A DNA stretch of 64,000 nucleotides from Podarcis gaigeae (lineage: Eukaryota): NCBI GenBank assembly GCA_964106915.2, contig OZ066917.1. One strand, given 5' to 3'. Shown piece by piece: positions 14,601-26,100 of the stretch; the first letter of the stretch is position 1, and every line of letters starts with the position of its first letter. The position numbers and the translations under genes are program-made. The notes under the pieces were generated by a model. That model was not told where the DNA came from, searched no databases, and saw only the letters and a list, made by a program, of their open reading frames with translations.

Positions 14601-15074
14601 CAGGGCTTTTATGGAACTTGTTGAGCTTTTCTTAGAGGAGCTAGCCCTCTAAGAGCCAGTGTGGTGTAGTGGTTAAGAGCGGTGGATTCGTAATCTGGAG
14701 AATCGGTTCGCGTCTCCGCTCCTCCACATGCAGCTGCTGGGTGACCTTGGGCTAGTCACGCTTCTTTGAAGTCTCTCAGCCCCACTCACCTCACAGAGTG
14801 TTTGTTGTGGGGGAGGAAGGGAAAGGAGAATGTTAGCCTCTTTGAGACTCCTTCGGGTAGTGATAAAGTGGGATATCAAATCCAAACTCCTCCTCCTCCT
14901 CCTCTTCTTCTTCTTCTTCTTCTTCTTCTTCTTCTTCTTCTTCTTCTTCTTCTTCTTCTAAAAAGGTTTCTCTTCACACAGCCTCTGACACACAGCCCCC
15001 AGGAACAGGGTGCTGGAATGCACCAAAGAGGTGCCAGAATTCAGTTCTGGAATTCAGGCTGAAAAAAAGCCCTC
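14601..15074. mobile_element. hAT-type MITE hosting a SINE
   Basis: TIRs CAGGGCTTTT / AAAAGCCCTC; 8-bp TSD TGTAAAAG (14593-14600, 15075-15082). Confidence 0.75.
14653..14958 (+). mobile_element. Squam2-like SINE with expanded (CTC)n(CTT)n tail
   Basis: Full head and body as in the other copies; short TSD TCTAA. Confidence 0.9.
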
Positions 15075-17037
15075 TGTAAAAGTCACATTTAGGAGATATC
15101 TTGGTTGAAGTTGATAGAACAAACTTTGTTAACACACCAGTCGTCAATAGATGTTTATTTCCTTCTTTCCCCTCTTTCCCCTCTTCAAACTTTTACAAAT
15201 GTTTGGTCCAATGAAATATGTTTACTCCAAAGAGAAATGCACATTGAAGAAAACGGATGGATTGAAACACGTACTTGGATTTTGCAAGATTTGTTCATGA
15301 ATTATTGTGGGAATCTCATAACAGGCCCTCAGAACTTTCTTTGGAGAACGATGTGGATTTTTCATTACATTTTTTTTCTCTGAAGAAAAATGTTACCTCA
15401 CAACTCACTTAAAAGGCAATCCTTTTAATAGCGCAGAGGCATGGTGGTGAAATGGAACGCAACATTTTAAAATGCATGAATACATCTCAAGATAAAATGA
15501 AAAGAACCTTTGTAGCCTATTGTAACCCAAAGGACAAGAACTGAACACACTTATCCTTTGTACTATTGCAACTACACAAAGCCCAAGAAGTTAAGGATGC
15601 ACATCACCTTTATCATGGTTTGCGTTTGACAGAACTCTTTCACATCACCAAATGTAATGGTGTTATTTGCCCAAGCTTTTTTTAAAAAAAACCATTGTAC
15701 TGCAGGTTGAATAGTTCTTTCTTTGTACTTTAGATATTGTGTTTTGTTTTTTTATTGTTTCTTTTTAGAATTGCATGGATATTTCCTTTTTTACGTGCAC
15801 TGTGCTGCAATCCATTTGTGGATGAAGATGCCATTTAGAAATAGGAAAGAAAGAAAGAAAGAAAGAAAGAAAGAGAATGAAAGAAAGAAAAAGAAAGAAA
15901 AAGACAGATAGACAGAAAGCTGTAGCTATATCATACTTGCTTTCTTCCGCAGAAGAGCCCCTCGTGGAATTCTCCACTTCGAGAAGATACATGCTTATAA
16001 TTCAATAAGAGTAAAAAATCCTAATCTTTAAACTCAGTCTAGCCTTACAGATGGTCTGAGACAAATTTTTAGTATAAATAATTTATGTAGTGTCTTCTAA
16101 AACAAAAACCCCCCATAGTAATACAAAAGCATCTGTACCCTGTGCATAAGATGATAATTAAAGGGTGGACCTAATGACCCATCCACAAAACAGGGGGGCA
16201 GAAACTCCCCCTCCTTCCCACTTACCCATCTGTGCCGAAGGAGAAAACAAATGCCCCATGGTTGGTAATCAGAAGAGCCACAATGGATGGTTCTGAAAAC
16301 AGCTCTGGAGGGGATTGATGATGGCTGCCCCTCAGAGATAAAATTTTGCAGATTGGGACACACAAACAAGTAATAGTGCACTAATTAAGTTGACAACACA
16401 GCCCACAATGTCTTTGTCAGAATAGTGAGTGTCACAAAGTTTATCCCTGACACTGAAGACTCTTTTTGTTTGCTACTGAGGATCAATTTTTTATCAGATA
16501 CCTTTATGTCAACTTTAGCTTGACAATTCATCTGTATAAATTTAACCTCTCACAATGTACATTTACTTCAAGAAACCATTGAAAAGGCATATGGGCAGTG
16601 CAATGCAATGGACAGACAGCAGAATATCTTCCAAGTCTTTTCAAGGTGCGCATTCCTATCAGACTTGCAAGTCTTGTTTAAAAAAATAAATAAATAAAAA
16701 TAAACTAAAGGGCTAGCAGATGGTTTCTGATTGATGTGTTTATATTTCAGAAATCTCATGGGGAGGACAATGAACCGTGAATAGAAATGACGCGGACTTC
16801 TTGTCAATAGGAATACAAGAGCAAGTTTGCTCTCTCTTGACACAAAACAGCTTTTGGGGAGATGGGATAAATAATACAACATCAAGAGTTGACTTGGCAA
16901 GTGTATTTGAAGTATAATCTAAACATGCATATTTTTCTGTCTTTAAATGTAGTGATAATGGTATCCCTATTCACATGTTAGTTGCATGAAGGGCTGACAG
17001 TGGAGTTCGCCCGTGTCACAGGCTCCACCAATGTTGT

Positions 17038-17203
17038 CAGGGGCAGACTTTGGTAATCTTTCATAATATGGCGCCCTGTGGAGGGCCAAAATTTGGGTGT
17101 CCCAAAATGGATCTTCTTAATTATGGTTCTTCTCAATTTTATGCTCCCTTGGCTTGGCACCCTGTGGAGGGGAACCATCCACGCCACCCTAAATCTGGTG
17201 CTG
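17038..17203. mobile_element. hAT-type MITE
   Basis: CAG...CTG termini, TSD AATGTTGT/CATGTTGT (7 of 8 match). Confidence 0.5.
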
Positions 17204-17365
17204 CATGTTGTTATGTGTACCCAACAGGTTTTTCCTCCCCTTTCCCCCTTTCCCATTTTAGCTTACATACAATTAGTCCTGAGGAGTGCCCCCCCTCTCT
17301 CTTTAGTCAACATATTGAGGGACCTTGGGTAGAAATAATGAAATGGGCCCATCTAACAACAAGGC

Positions 17366-17420
17366 GTGCTCTAGTCCATGGGGTCATGAAGAGTCGGACA
17401 CGACTAAATGACTAAACAAC
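17366..17420 (+). mobile_element. Extremely 5'-truncated Bov-B (55 bp)
   Basis: GTCCATGGGGTCATGAAGAGTCGGACACGACTAAATGACTAAAC(AAC)n is the Bov-B 3' end; flanked by AACAACAAGGC direct repeats. Confidence 0.85.
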
Positions 17421-18385
17421 AACAACAAGGCACGACAAAGGAACAAATCTCTTTGTTTGAAAACAAGGACATACCTGTGCTAATAATATTTCACAACAAC
17501 TGAAAATAAACAAAATAGGAAAAAGGAATGTCATTATGCTAATGAGAGCCTAAATCACATGTATATCAATATATTTATGTTAAAATTCTCTGTTGGTGTA
17601 ATTTTGTGCCAATTGTCAGATGATAGAATCAATAAAAGGAGGAAATACTGCTTTACTACAGTTAGTACAGAAAGATACAATAACAGCTATTAACTTGATT
17701 GCTCTTAACATGCTGCCTTTTTTGCAATGTAACATTGAATAGATTCAAACAGCAGGCACTCTGATTTTGCTAAATCATATTCCTCCCTTCAAAAAAGTAT
17801 ATAAGAATCTGCAACAGCCCTCTCGCAATACCCATATATATGCCATCTGCAATCAGTGCAACTCTCCTTTTCAGATCTTCAAAGCATAAGAAATCTATGG
17901 ATTTAGGGAAGATAAAGTGTGGAATTGTGTACCCTGCAAATTTCCTGGGGGAAATGAGATATCCCTGAAAAAGCATGTTTCTGGGGCTCTGTGATCTTGC
18001 ATTGGGAGTATAGGCAGGAAGACACACATTCCAGTTTTGAGACTCAAGAAGTTGGAGGGTATGGAACAGTGGTAGTTGGAGAACACCTCTTGGATGAGGT
18101 AGAGTTAAAGGAGCCACAAGAGGTTCACAATTCACCTTGAGATGAGAGATAGGCAGGCCCGTAGAACCTATTAACAGTCTGTCCAGGCATGGAGATGGTA
18201 ACTTGAGCTGTAAAAAGTGGTAGAATGGCCACATGAGTAAGGCCTAATTGTTTAGACACAAGGGTCTTGGATTGAACGAAGCATTCCCTCTGCCCTTCCC
18301 AAGTGTGGCATGGAAGGCAAGAACCAAGAAAGAGAAGCTGTGGACTGGATTCAAAATGTGTTTTGGGCTGTACCTACCCCTACAA

Positions 18386-18620
18386 GGGACACGGGTGGCG
18401 CTGTGGTCTAAACCACTGAGCCTCTTGGGCTTGCCAGTCAGAAGGTCAGCGGTTCGAATCCCTGCAACGGAGTGAGCTCCCGTTGCTCTGTCCCAGCTCC
18501 TGCCAACCTAGCAGTTCAGAAGCACACCAGCTCCCTTGGCCTGAAAGTGAGAGGAGCACTGCAACCCCATAGTCACCTTTGACTGGACTTAACCATCCAG
18601 GGGTCCTTTACCTTTTACCT
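18386..18620 (+). mobile_element. Sauria/Squam1 SINE with internal deletion
   Basis: GGGACACGGGTGGCGCTGTGG head, GGTTCGAATCCC B box, (ACCTTT)n tail; central part missing compared with the 20543 copy. Confidence 0.9.
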
Positions 18621-19172
18621 GGCCCTAAACAATGAAGGTTTCTGTACAAGAGGTCCTAGGCATAGTGGAGAAGGGCATGTGAGTTCAAGACGTACCCCAC
18701 ATATATGAACAGTTGTGCACATAGCAAGGCAGGGTAAACTGAACATTAGGCAAGCAATTGAATAGAAAAATTAATTGCTTTCTGGAAGATTGCCTTTGAG
18801 AGGGGGAAAAAGCACATCAAAGGGCAGGAAGAAGCAGCTTATCCATGGAGATACTGATGAAAGGTTTGAAAACAAGTTGAAGCCTTTGATAAACATTGAT
18901 GTAAGATGGGTAATAAGGTTGGCTGCTTTGAAGAATCAGAAAATAAAGCTCAGAATTAGGTTCTTAACTTGGGAGAGACAGGTGGAACAATAGGGAACCT
19001 TTAAAGATAATTTCAATCAATAGTAAATTACTCTTGGGTTGTTTGCAGGAGAGCTTCATTATCAATGAATTAGTATTATCAATTATTATTATTATTAATA
19101 TTATTATTATCTGGAATTCTTAAGCCTAATTCTCCATTCTGTAATGCAGAATGGAGAATTAGGCTTACCAGC

Positions 19173-19425
19173 GCCTGCCAACCTAGCAGTTCGAAAGCAC
19201 CTCCGGGTGCAAGTAGATAAATAGGGACCACTTACCAGCGGGAAGGTAAACGGCGTTTCCGTGTGCGGCTCTGGCTCGCCAGAGCAGCGATGTCACGCTG
19301 GCCACGTGACCCGGAAGTGTCTCCGGACAGCGCTGGCCCCTGGCCTCTTGAGTGAGATGGGCGCACAACCCCAGAGTCTGTCAAGACTGGCCTGTACGGG
19401 CAGGGGTACCTTTACCTTTACCTTT
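19173..19425 (+). mobile_element. 5'-truncated Sauria/Squam1 SINE
   Basis: Body and (TACCTT)n tail, CpG-rich (young); no tRNA head. Confidence 0.9.
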
Positions 19426-19446
19426 ATTCCAAATAACAACACCACC

Positions 19447-19478
<32 letters not shown>

Positions 19479-19479
19479 C

Positions 19480-19682
19480 AATAATAAACTTTTATTTGTA
19501 TCCCCCCCTGCCCGAAACCAGGCACAGGGTGGCTAACATCAAATATAATAATAATTTATAATTTATACCCCGCCCATCTGGCTGGGTTTTCCCAGCCACT
19601 CTGGGCGGCTTCCAACCAAATATTAAAAACACAATATAGCATTAAACATTAAAAACATCCCGAAACAGGGCTGCCTTCAGAT
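19480..19682 (-). mobile_element. Two adjacent L2 3'-terminal fragments
   Basis: 19560-19682 is highly similar to the L2 tail at 52920-53035; 19480-19540 is a second L2-type tail (less certain). Confidence 0.7.
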
Positions 19683-20542
19683 TCTAAGTTCTTGAGCCGG
19701 CTTCACTTTGGAAGAAGGGTGTGTATTTCCCTATTAGTTGTAGACAGCATTTGTTTAAGTATTTCAGAGTATTCAGAGTATTTCGTGTATGTTATCTCTG
19801 TAATAATTTCAGTAAGATAATTCAGAATTATTATACCAATTTTGAAGATGGAGACTGAGGCTGAAAGATACGGTAATGGCTTGTCAAAAGCTACATAGTG
19901 AGTTTTTGCATTTCTTAATTCCTTAATGCATCTATTATAATAATAATGAATTTATTTCTGGTTCAAGAAGTATACCTCTGGCCCTGAATCAGAAACTCTT
20001 ATTCATCAAGTGGCTTATCTGTGGTGCAAATCAGACACAAATGAGCCTCGCTGACCTGGGTATACCACTCAATGTGTGTGTGGCTGACAGTCTTAGAGGC
20101 TCTATTGCTTCAGCAGTTGAGATCAGAGACTTCATCCTACATCTTCCCTGTGTATAATATGAGACATATGGTTCATGCTTACAGAGATCATCAACTTGCC
20201 TGGGAAAACTCAGACATATTTTGCTGCTTAAACTATGTTGGTTAGTGCAAGCTAATATCCACATACAGTGACTTCACTCTTATTAACTCTTGAACATTTC
20301 TTGCTATACGACATTTCTTGTTCTATGCTCAAACACAATTCAGTAAAAAAAATGTAGCATATTAGAAATTCAGTGAGTCACCTTTACTTAGGATGGTGTA
20401 GGATTGCTATTCCACAATTTATGTTACTACCACTATGGGGGGGGGGGGAGAGGTAACCTTACCAGATTATTTTAGCATCCAGCTGTCTCTGTGTGCCTTA
20501 AGAAAATGCTAGTAGAATTATATGCCTGTAGAATGCTATTAT

Positions 20543-20913
20543 GGGACGAGGGTAGCACTATGGTCTAAACCACTGAGCCTCTTGGGCTTGCTAATCAGAA
20601 GGTCGTTGGTTCGAATTCCCGCAACAGAGTGAGCTCCCAGTGCTCTGTCCTAGCTGCTGCCAACCTAGTAGTTCAAAAGCAGACCACTGCACATGGATAA
20701 ATAGGTACTGCTGTGGTGGAAAGTAAACTGTGTTTCCGTGCACTCTGGTTTGTGTCACGGTGTTCCATTGCGCCAGAAGTGGTTTAGTCATGCTGGCAAC
20801 ATGACCTGGAAAGCTGACTGTGGACAAACGCCGGTTCCCTCGGCCTGAAAGCAAGATGAGCTCCGCAACCTCATAGTCACCTTTGACTGGACTTAACCGT
20901 CCAGGGGTCCTTT
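20543..20913 (+). mobile_element. Full-length, diverged Sauria/Squam1 SINE
   Basis: tRNA-like head, body and CCAGGGGTCCTTT end. Confidence 0.9.
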
Positions 20914-21061
20914 AAAATACTCTTCCCAGGAAAGCATGCCTGGCTCCTCCTTTATCTTTTTTTTTTTTTAAGGCACCAGGGAAATTCTTTTCTTTCCCCA
21001 GGATTTTTGATAAAGATATGTGTGTCAAGGAGCTACCATCCCTTCTAGCATTTGTCTAGAC

Positions 21062-21719
21062 CAGGGATGTGGACCTTCAGATCCTGCTCTACAACTCTGA
21101 TAATCCTTGACCATTTGCCATTCTGGCTGTGGCTAATGGGCATAGCTATCAACCGCCCCATATTTGGTGGGAAAGTCCCTTATCCCAGCACCGTGTCCCG
21201 CTGCTGTCCCTTATTGATGATGTCCCTTGAATTTCCCGGGTTTCAAAGGAAGCAGCTCCTCTCCCTCCCTCCCTCCCTGCTGGCCAGGGCGGATTGAGGC
21301 TCCAACTGTGTTGCTTGGCTGCGTTGCTCACCCAATAAGGAATCTAAGATAACTGGGGGGTGGAGCTTGCATGCCTTGTACCGATCAAATTGCCTGCGTT
21401 GCCTGGGGACTCGCCTTTGCTCAGCGCTTCCCAGCGGAGAGGTGACGGTGGTTTCGCTTGCTGCATCCCCTTTGTTGGGTTGCTGCACTGTGGGAACCAC
21501 CACTTGAGGCTTCGTTTGGCTGCTGGCGGGGCTTTCTGCCTTTGGCTCAAAAGGGCTCAGAAGTTGAACATACCTGTGCTTGGAAAATCCCTTATTTTGG
21601 CTGATGATCCCTTATTTTCGAGGCTGCTGGTCCCTTATTTTCAAATCTGTAAGTTGGCAGCTATGCTAATGGGAGTTGCAGACCAACGCATCTTGAGGGC
21701 CCCAGGTTCCCCAACTCTG
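21062..21719. mobile_element. Older hAT-type MITE split by a younger MITE
   Basis: CAGGGATG...AGGTTCCCCAACTCTG ends; same family as fragments at ~7843, ~45655, ~51470, ~57185 and ~60092. Confidence 0.6.
21141..21665. mobile_element. hAT-type MITE
   Basis: TIRs CATAGCTATCAAC / GTTGGCAGCTATG; perfect 8-bp TSD CTAATGGG; subterminal CCCTTATTTT repeats. Confidence 0.9.
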
Positions 21720-23490
21720 ATCTACAGGGTCCCAGGAGACGTACCTTATTCTGTGAAAGCTATCGCTTTAGGTGGATAGGAATGCCCTTAAAGGTATATG
21801 AATAAAATATTCATTGTCTCACTTATCCATGTTCTGCAACATTAAAGGAAATGAAACAAAAGGAATGAGTGTCCAACATGTCCAGGAGCATCTGCCTCTA
21901 TTAATCTGCCAAATCCAATGAATGTCAGACAGTCTGGTGGTTTCCAGCTGGAGAAAAAAAAATGTGCCAGGCAGCTGGTGCAGCTCAGAAATATGGAGAT
22001 AAGTAAAAACGGGTAGGTTGAGGGAGGTGGGAGTCTGATTCCTTGTTCCTTTTCTCATTATATCATGCTTGGGGCACCAGTGGTGTATGTCTAACAGCAT
22101 TAAAAGAAAGGGAAGTGGACTCAGACAGCTCTGCTCAAGGAAAAGATCACTATTGGTTCAGCAGAGGTAGCTAGTTTCTTAATGGTTATTATTTTTTCAA
22201 AATCTTTCATCATGCATCTAAAGAGTGGGCACAGAGGAGGGAGTGGCGAGTGGGAGATGTAAGACGGAAACAGTTTTACTTTGATCCCTTATGTGTAAAT
22301 GGCCCAGAAAGCAAGTGTAGAACAATACAGATCTATTCTTGCGTTCAGAGGACTGAAAAACACTTCTTTCATTTGTTCTTTGATTAATGGCCCTTGCCTA
22401 TCTCATACATGATGATCAATATCCATTTCCTAAGACATTTATAGGGGGGTTTAACATTTGACATTTGTCTTGCCTAGGAAGATTTTTTTTCCCTATTAAA
22501 AAAATGCTTTCAGTCCATCTCCTTCCCCTTTTGGTATTCTTTTCTTCTTTCGTAAGTCCCTCCCATTCATTTCCCCCTTTCTTGTGATTTCAGTTTCCTT
22601 GCAATTTCTTATGTTTCAGCTTTTCACAGCTGCAGTGTTTTCATCAAATCTCTTACCTTCCTTTTCAAACAGTGTACTAAGGGAAAACAGGAGTCATCAC
22701 CTGCCTAAATTGCTTTTAATATCACTGTCTTATTCCTGGAGTTATATGAAGGCCTATGTTGAACTGAGAGAAGAGGTAATTGATGATTTTGCTCCTTGGA
22801 AACTCTTTTGAATAAACTCTGGTCTTCCACAAATACTGATGTTAATTAAGGCTGGATAGATCAGTCTATTTCTGGCCGGTGTCAATTTACCATGTGTTCA
22901 ATCATAAGTCTACTGCATTGCATTAATCTGCAAGTATCGTTTAGCAAAATCCACAAAACAACAGGTTTAAGTATTTTGGTATTTTATACCAAAGTACATT
23001 ATTTACATACTTATTTTACAACATATACACATTTCTAAAGTATTTTATCTTAAAATATCATTTTGGTACATGGTTTTGAGCTAAGAGGTGTGAAATCTGA
23101 AATATGTTCCAATGTACACATTCACCTAGGAAGCCCTGATCAGGTCAGTCTGCATCAGAATTCAAAGCAATCTAATTTATCAAGCATTTCTAATGGCAAT
23201 ATAATTTAACCCTAGAAGCTAACCCATGTGTGACGTTCTCCACAATCACAGTTCAAAGAGCCTGGATCCTGTGCTAAAGAGAAGGACCCTTCCTAAGACT
23301 ATTAGACGTCCAAAATTTTCTAACACTACCCAATGCCTGTTCAGTCTTTTCTAAGAAATCCCTAAGAAAGGGGGATTTCATAAATGCATTCTCAAGCCAG
23401 CAATCTGATCTCCTGTAATTTAAATCCACAATTCTAGGCTTAGTGGATATGGTGGACAATCACTTTCCCTCTTCTTTCTGACATCCTTTT

Positions 23491-23745
23491 AAGAAGAAGA
23501 AGAAGAAGAGTTTGGATTTGATATCCCGCCTTTCACTCCCCTTCAGGAGTCTCAAAGCGGCTAACATTCTCCTTTCCCTTCCTCCCCCACAACAAACACT
23601 CTGTGAGGTGAGTGAGGCTGAGAGACTTCAAAGAAGTGTGACTGGCCCAAGGTCACCCAGCAGCTGCATGTGGAGGAGCGGAGACACGAACCCGGTTCAC
23701 CAGATTACGAGACTACTGCTCTTAACCACTACACCACACTGGCTC
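23491..23745 (-). mobile_element. Squam2-like SINE
   Basis: Full-length copy; TSD CTTTTAA. Confidence 0.9.
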
Positions 23746-24210
23746 TTTTAAAGTATTATAACACTGCCAGCATGATGTATCCCAATTTGTTTCGTTTAGG
23801 CTAAAAGTAAGTTGCTCCTTCAAACTGAGTCTGACTCGTTTTTTGTCACCAACAGAGAATCCTTTTTAATGTACTGTTCCTCCCTTGAATTGTGGTGACC
23901 CAAGAGCTAGCAGAAGTCAAGAGAAGAACCAGTCACACACTGACTCATATATAGCAATGACACAGGATACTGAGAGCCACCATCTTCCTCCCAATCTTCC
24001 CAATGTCTCATCATACAGATCAATACAGAGGAAGAAAAACAGGAGCCATCTCTCACTATTCTCATGACAAGCAAACAACCCAATCTGCTGGTAGTTGTGA
24101 CTTGATAGTCCAGACTACAGAACACTCACAAGGTACCATTGACACACTTCTTCTAGGTTGGAACTTCCAGACAGATTTAATCAGCATTCAGCTGGTCTCC
24201 TAAACAGGTA

Positions 24211-24290
24211 CAGTGGTACCTCTAGAGAACAGTTTCAGGTTAAGAACTGACCTCCAAAACAAATTAAGTTCTTAACCTGAGGTACCACTG
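24211..24290. mobile_element. 80-bp Tc1/mariner MITE
   Basis: TA-CAGTGGTACCTC...GAGGTACCACTG-TA. Confidence 0.85.
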
Positions 24291-24301
24291 TACATGGGAA
24301 G

Positions 24302-24603
24302 CAGAGGCATAAGAAAGGGGGTGCAGGGGGTGCGGTCTACCCTGGGTGTCATGACTGAGGAGGGTGACAAAATGGCAGGGGAGTGGGCGGCACATCTCAC
24401 GCCCGGTGGCAGCAGCTCTTCTGACCCGGAGGCAGAGAGCAGCCCTCCTCAGCTGTGGCGAAGCGCACTCGGAGGTGAGTGAGCAGCTGCTTCCCTGCCC
24501 CTCTCCTACCCTGAACTGTGGCACATAGGAGGGCACCCTCCATGTCCCGCACCCCTCGGGAGCGCACCCACCCTGGACAGTGTGGGCATATGCTCCACCG
24601 CTG
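24302..24603. mobile_element. GC-rich hAT-type MITE
   Basis: Perfect 8-bp TSD ATGGGAAG (24294-24301, 24604-24611); CAG..CTG ends; related to 32607-33393. Confidence 0.8.
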
Positions 24604-25636
24604 ATGGGAAGATGCTTTCTACTGAATCAGACAAGGTTGTCTCCCAGTCCTACCTGTGGAGATGCTGGGGATTGAACTCTGGCCTTTCCCAGGCTGTAAT
24701 GGGAGAAAGTCAGAGCAAGGAAGTAGATGAGACAGTTCCTCACTCTATTCCTTTGCTGCCATAAACGAGACTTACTTGTAATTCAGGGTATGTTTGTATT
24801 AGCGTGTTAGACAGCAAAGATGCCTTAAAGCTATGGAAATCAAGCCAGCGCTTTGAATGGTACTGAACTGAACTGGAAGCTAATTCAGACAGAAAAGGAG
24901 AGGACCCATCTGCCATGCCCACTCTGGGTAACTTGTAGAGTTCAGGGTGTGCATATGCACACACTCAAGCAAAAGGAGAAAAACCGGCCCTGTTTTTCAG
25001 CAGCTGATATTTATTCATGGTAGCAGCTTGGTTCACTGACGAAGCCGCTAATTTTACGAAGGAAAGAAAACTTTGGGGTGCTGAAACATTTCCCCCTCTT
25101 GCAAATCCAGGTCGTGCCAGTTTTAGCTGTGCTGAAATCATTTTGCTCTGTCATTATCACTACATCCCAGGACAGAAGCCAGGGCAGAAAGGCATTTTCC
25201 AAACATCATGGAACGGAATAAAATCAGTCCCTGAAATGTTTCAGCAAGTTATCTTGAACCAGAAAAGTCATGTCAGCTGCTAAATATTAACAGTGGAGGA
25301 AATGAGTCCTGAAGTCATGAGCATTTGCATGCTGTCCTCGGGAAATATTCAATGTCATTGCAATTCAGAGACAGCATTAAAAGAAAAGGGAAATTCAGAG
25401 ACAGCATTAATAAGGGGAGGGAAATCAAGCGCAGAAATAAATCATGACTCTACTGGCTTCCTAGCTAAAATGTGGTTTTATGGCACATTAGTTTTTCATT
25501 CTTATGGTGTGATAGTAGTACTTATAATACACACACACCTCTTTTTTGTAATAGTACAAGTGTTGTTCCCAAAGCCAACTAGATTTTCATTTGTGTGTGC
25601 CTTGATATAAATATGATCTATAAACATGTACCTAAC

Positions 25637-25900
25637 TGTTAAGTTGTGGGTGAACATATCAGACGACACAGCGATTCTTCAAACTGCTCTTGTTTATTGA
25701 CAGGCCAGAACAGAACTGAACTGAAGGGTTAAGCCAGTATGCTTCTATAGAGCTCCACTACAACGCAACAGTAACAATTTTCTTTAACTATCCAATCACT
25801 GAACATCACTTTCAGTTCCTTATTTGCATAAGTGGACCTGAGTGAAAACTATCTACAGTATGCCCCTGCTGGCCCAGGGTGAGAACTTCAGTACATAACA
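25637..25900 (-). mobile_element. Solo LTR (264 bp, Gypsy/ERV-type)
   Basis: TGTTA...TAACA termini, 5-bp TSD CTAAC; on the minus strand octamer, CCAAT, TATA-like and AATAAA occur in LTR order. Confidence 0.85.
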
Positions 25901-25909
25901 CTAACCATA

Positions 25910-26100
25910 TATAAAGCACCCTTATATCACTTTAACAGTCATGCCCCCCCCCATCCCATCCAAAGAATCCTGGAATATGTAGTTTGTTAAGGGTACTGGG
26001 AACTGTAACTCTGTGAACTCTTAGCATCCTTAGCAAACTACAGTTCCCAGGATTCTGAGGGAAACCAACTGTTAAAGTCATATGAATGCTTTAAACAAAA
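25910..26100. mobile_element. Palindromic non-autonomous DNA element
   Basis: Long imperfect inverted repeat (TAAAGCA..TTTAACAGT..AGAATCCTGG..TGTAGTTTGTTAAGG / CCTTAGCAAACTACA..CCAGGATTCT..ACTGTTAAA..TGCTTTA). Confidence 0.65.

Noticed and set aside
17770-18234. 154-aa minus-strand ORF
   Set aside because: No recognisable domain or splice context; partly overlaps a MITE-like end
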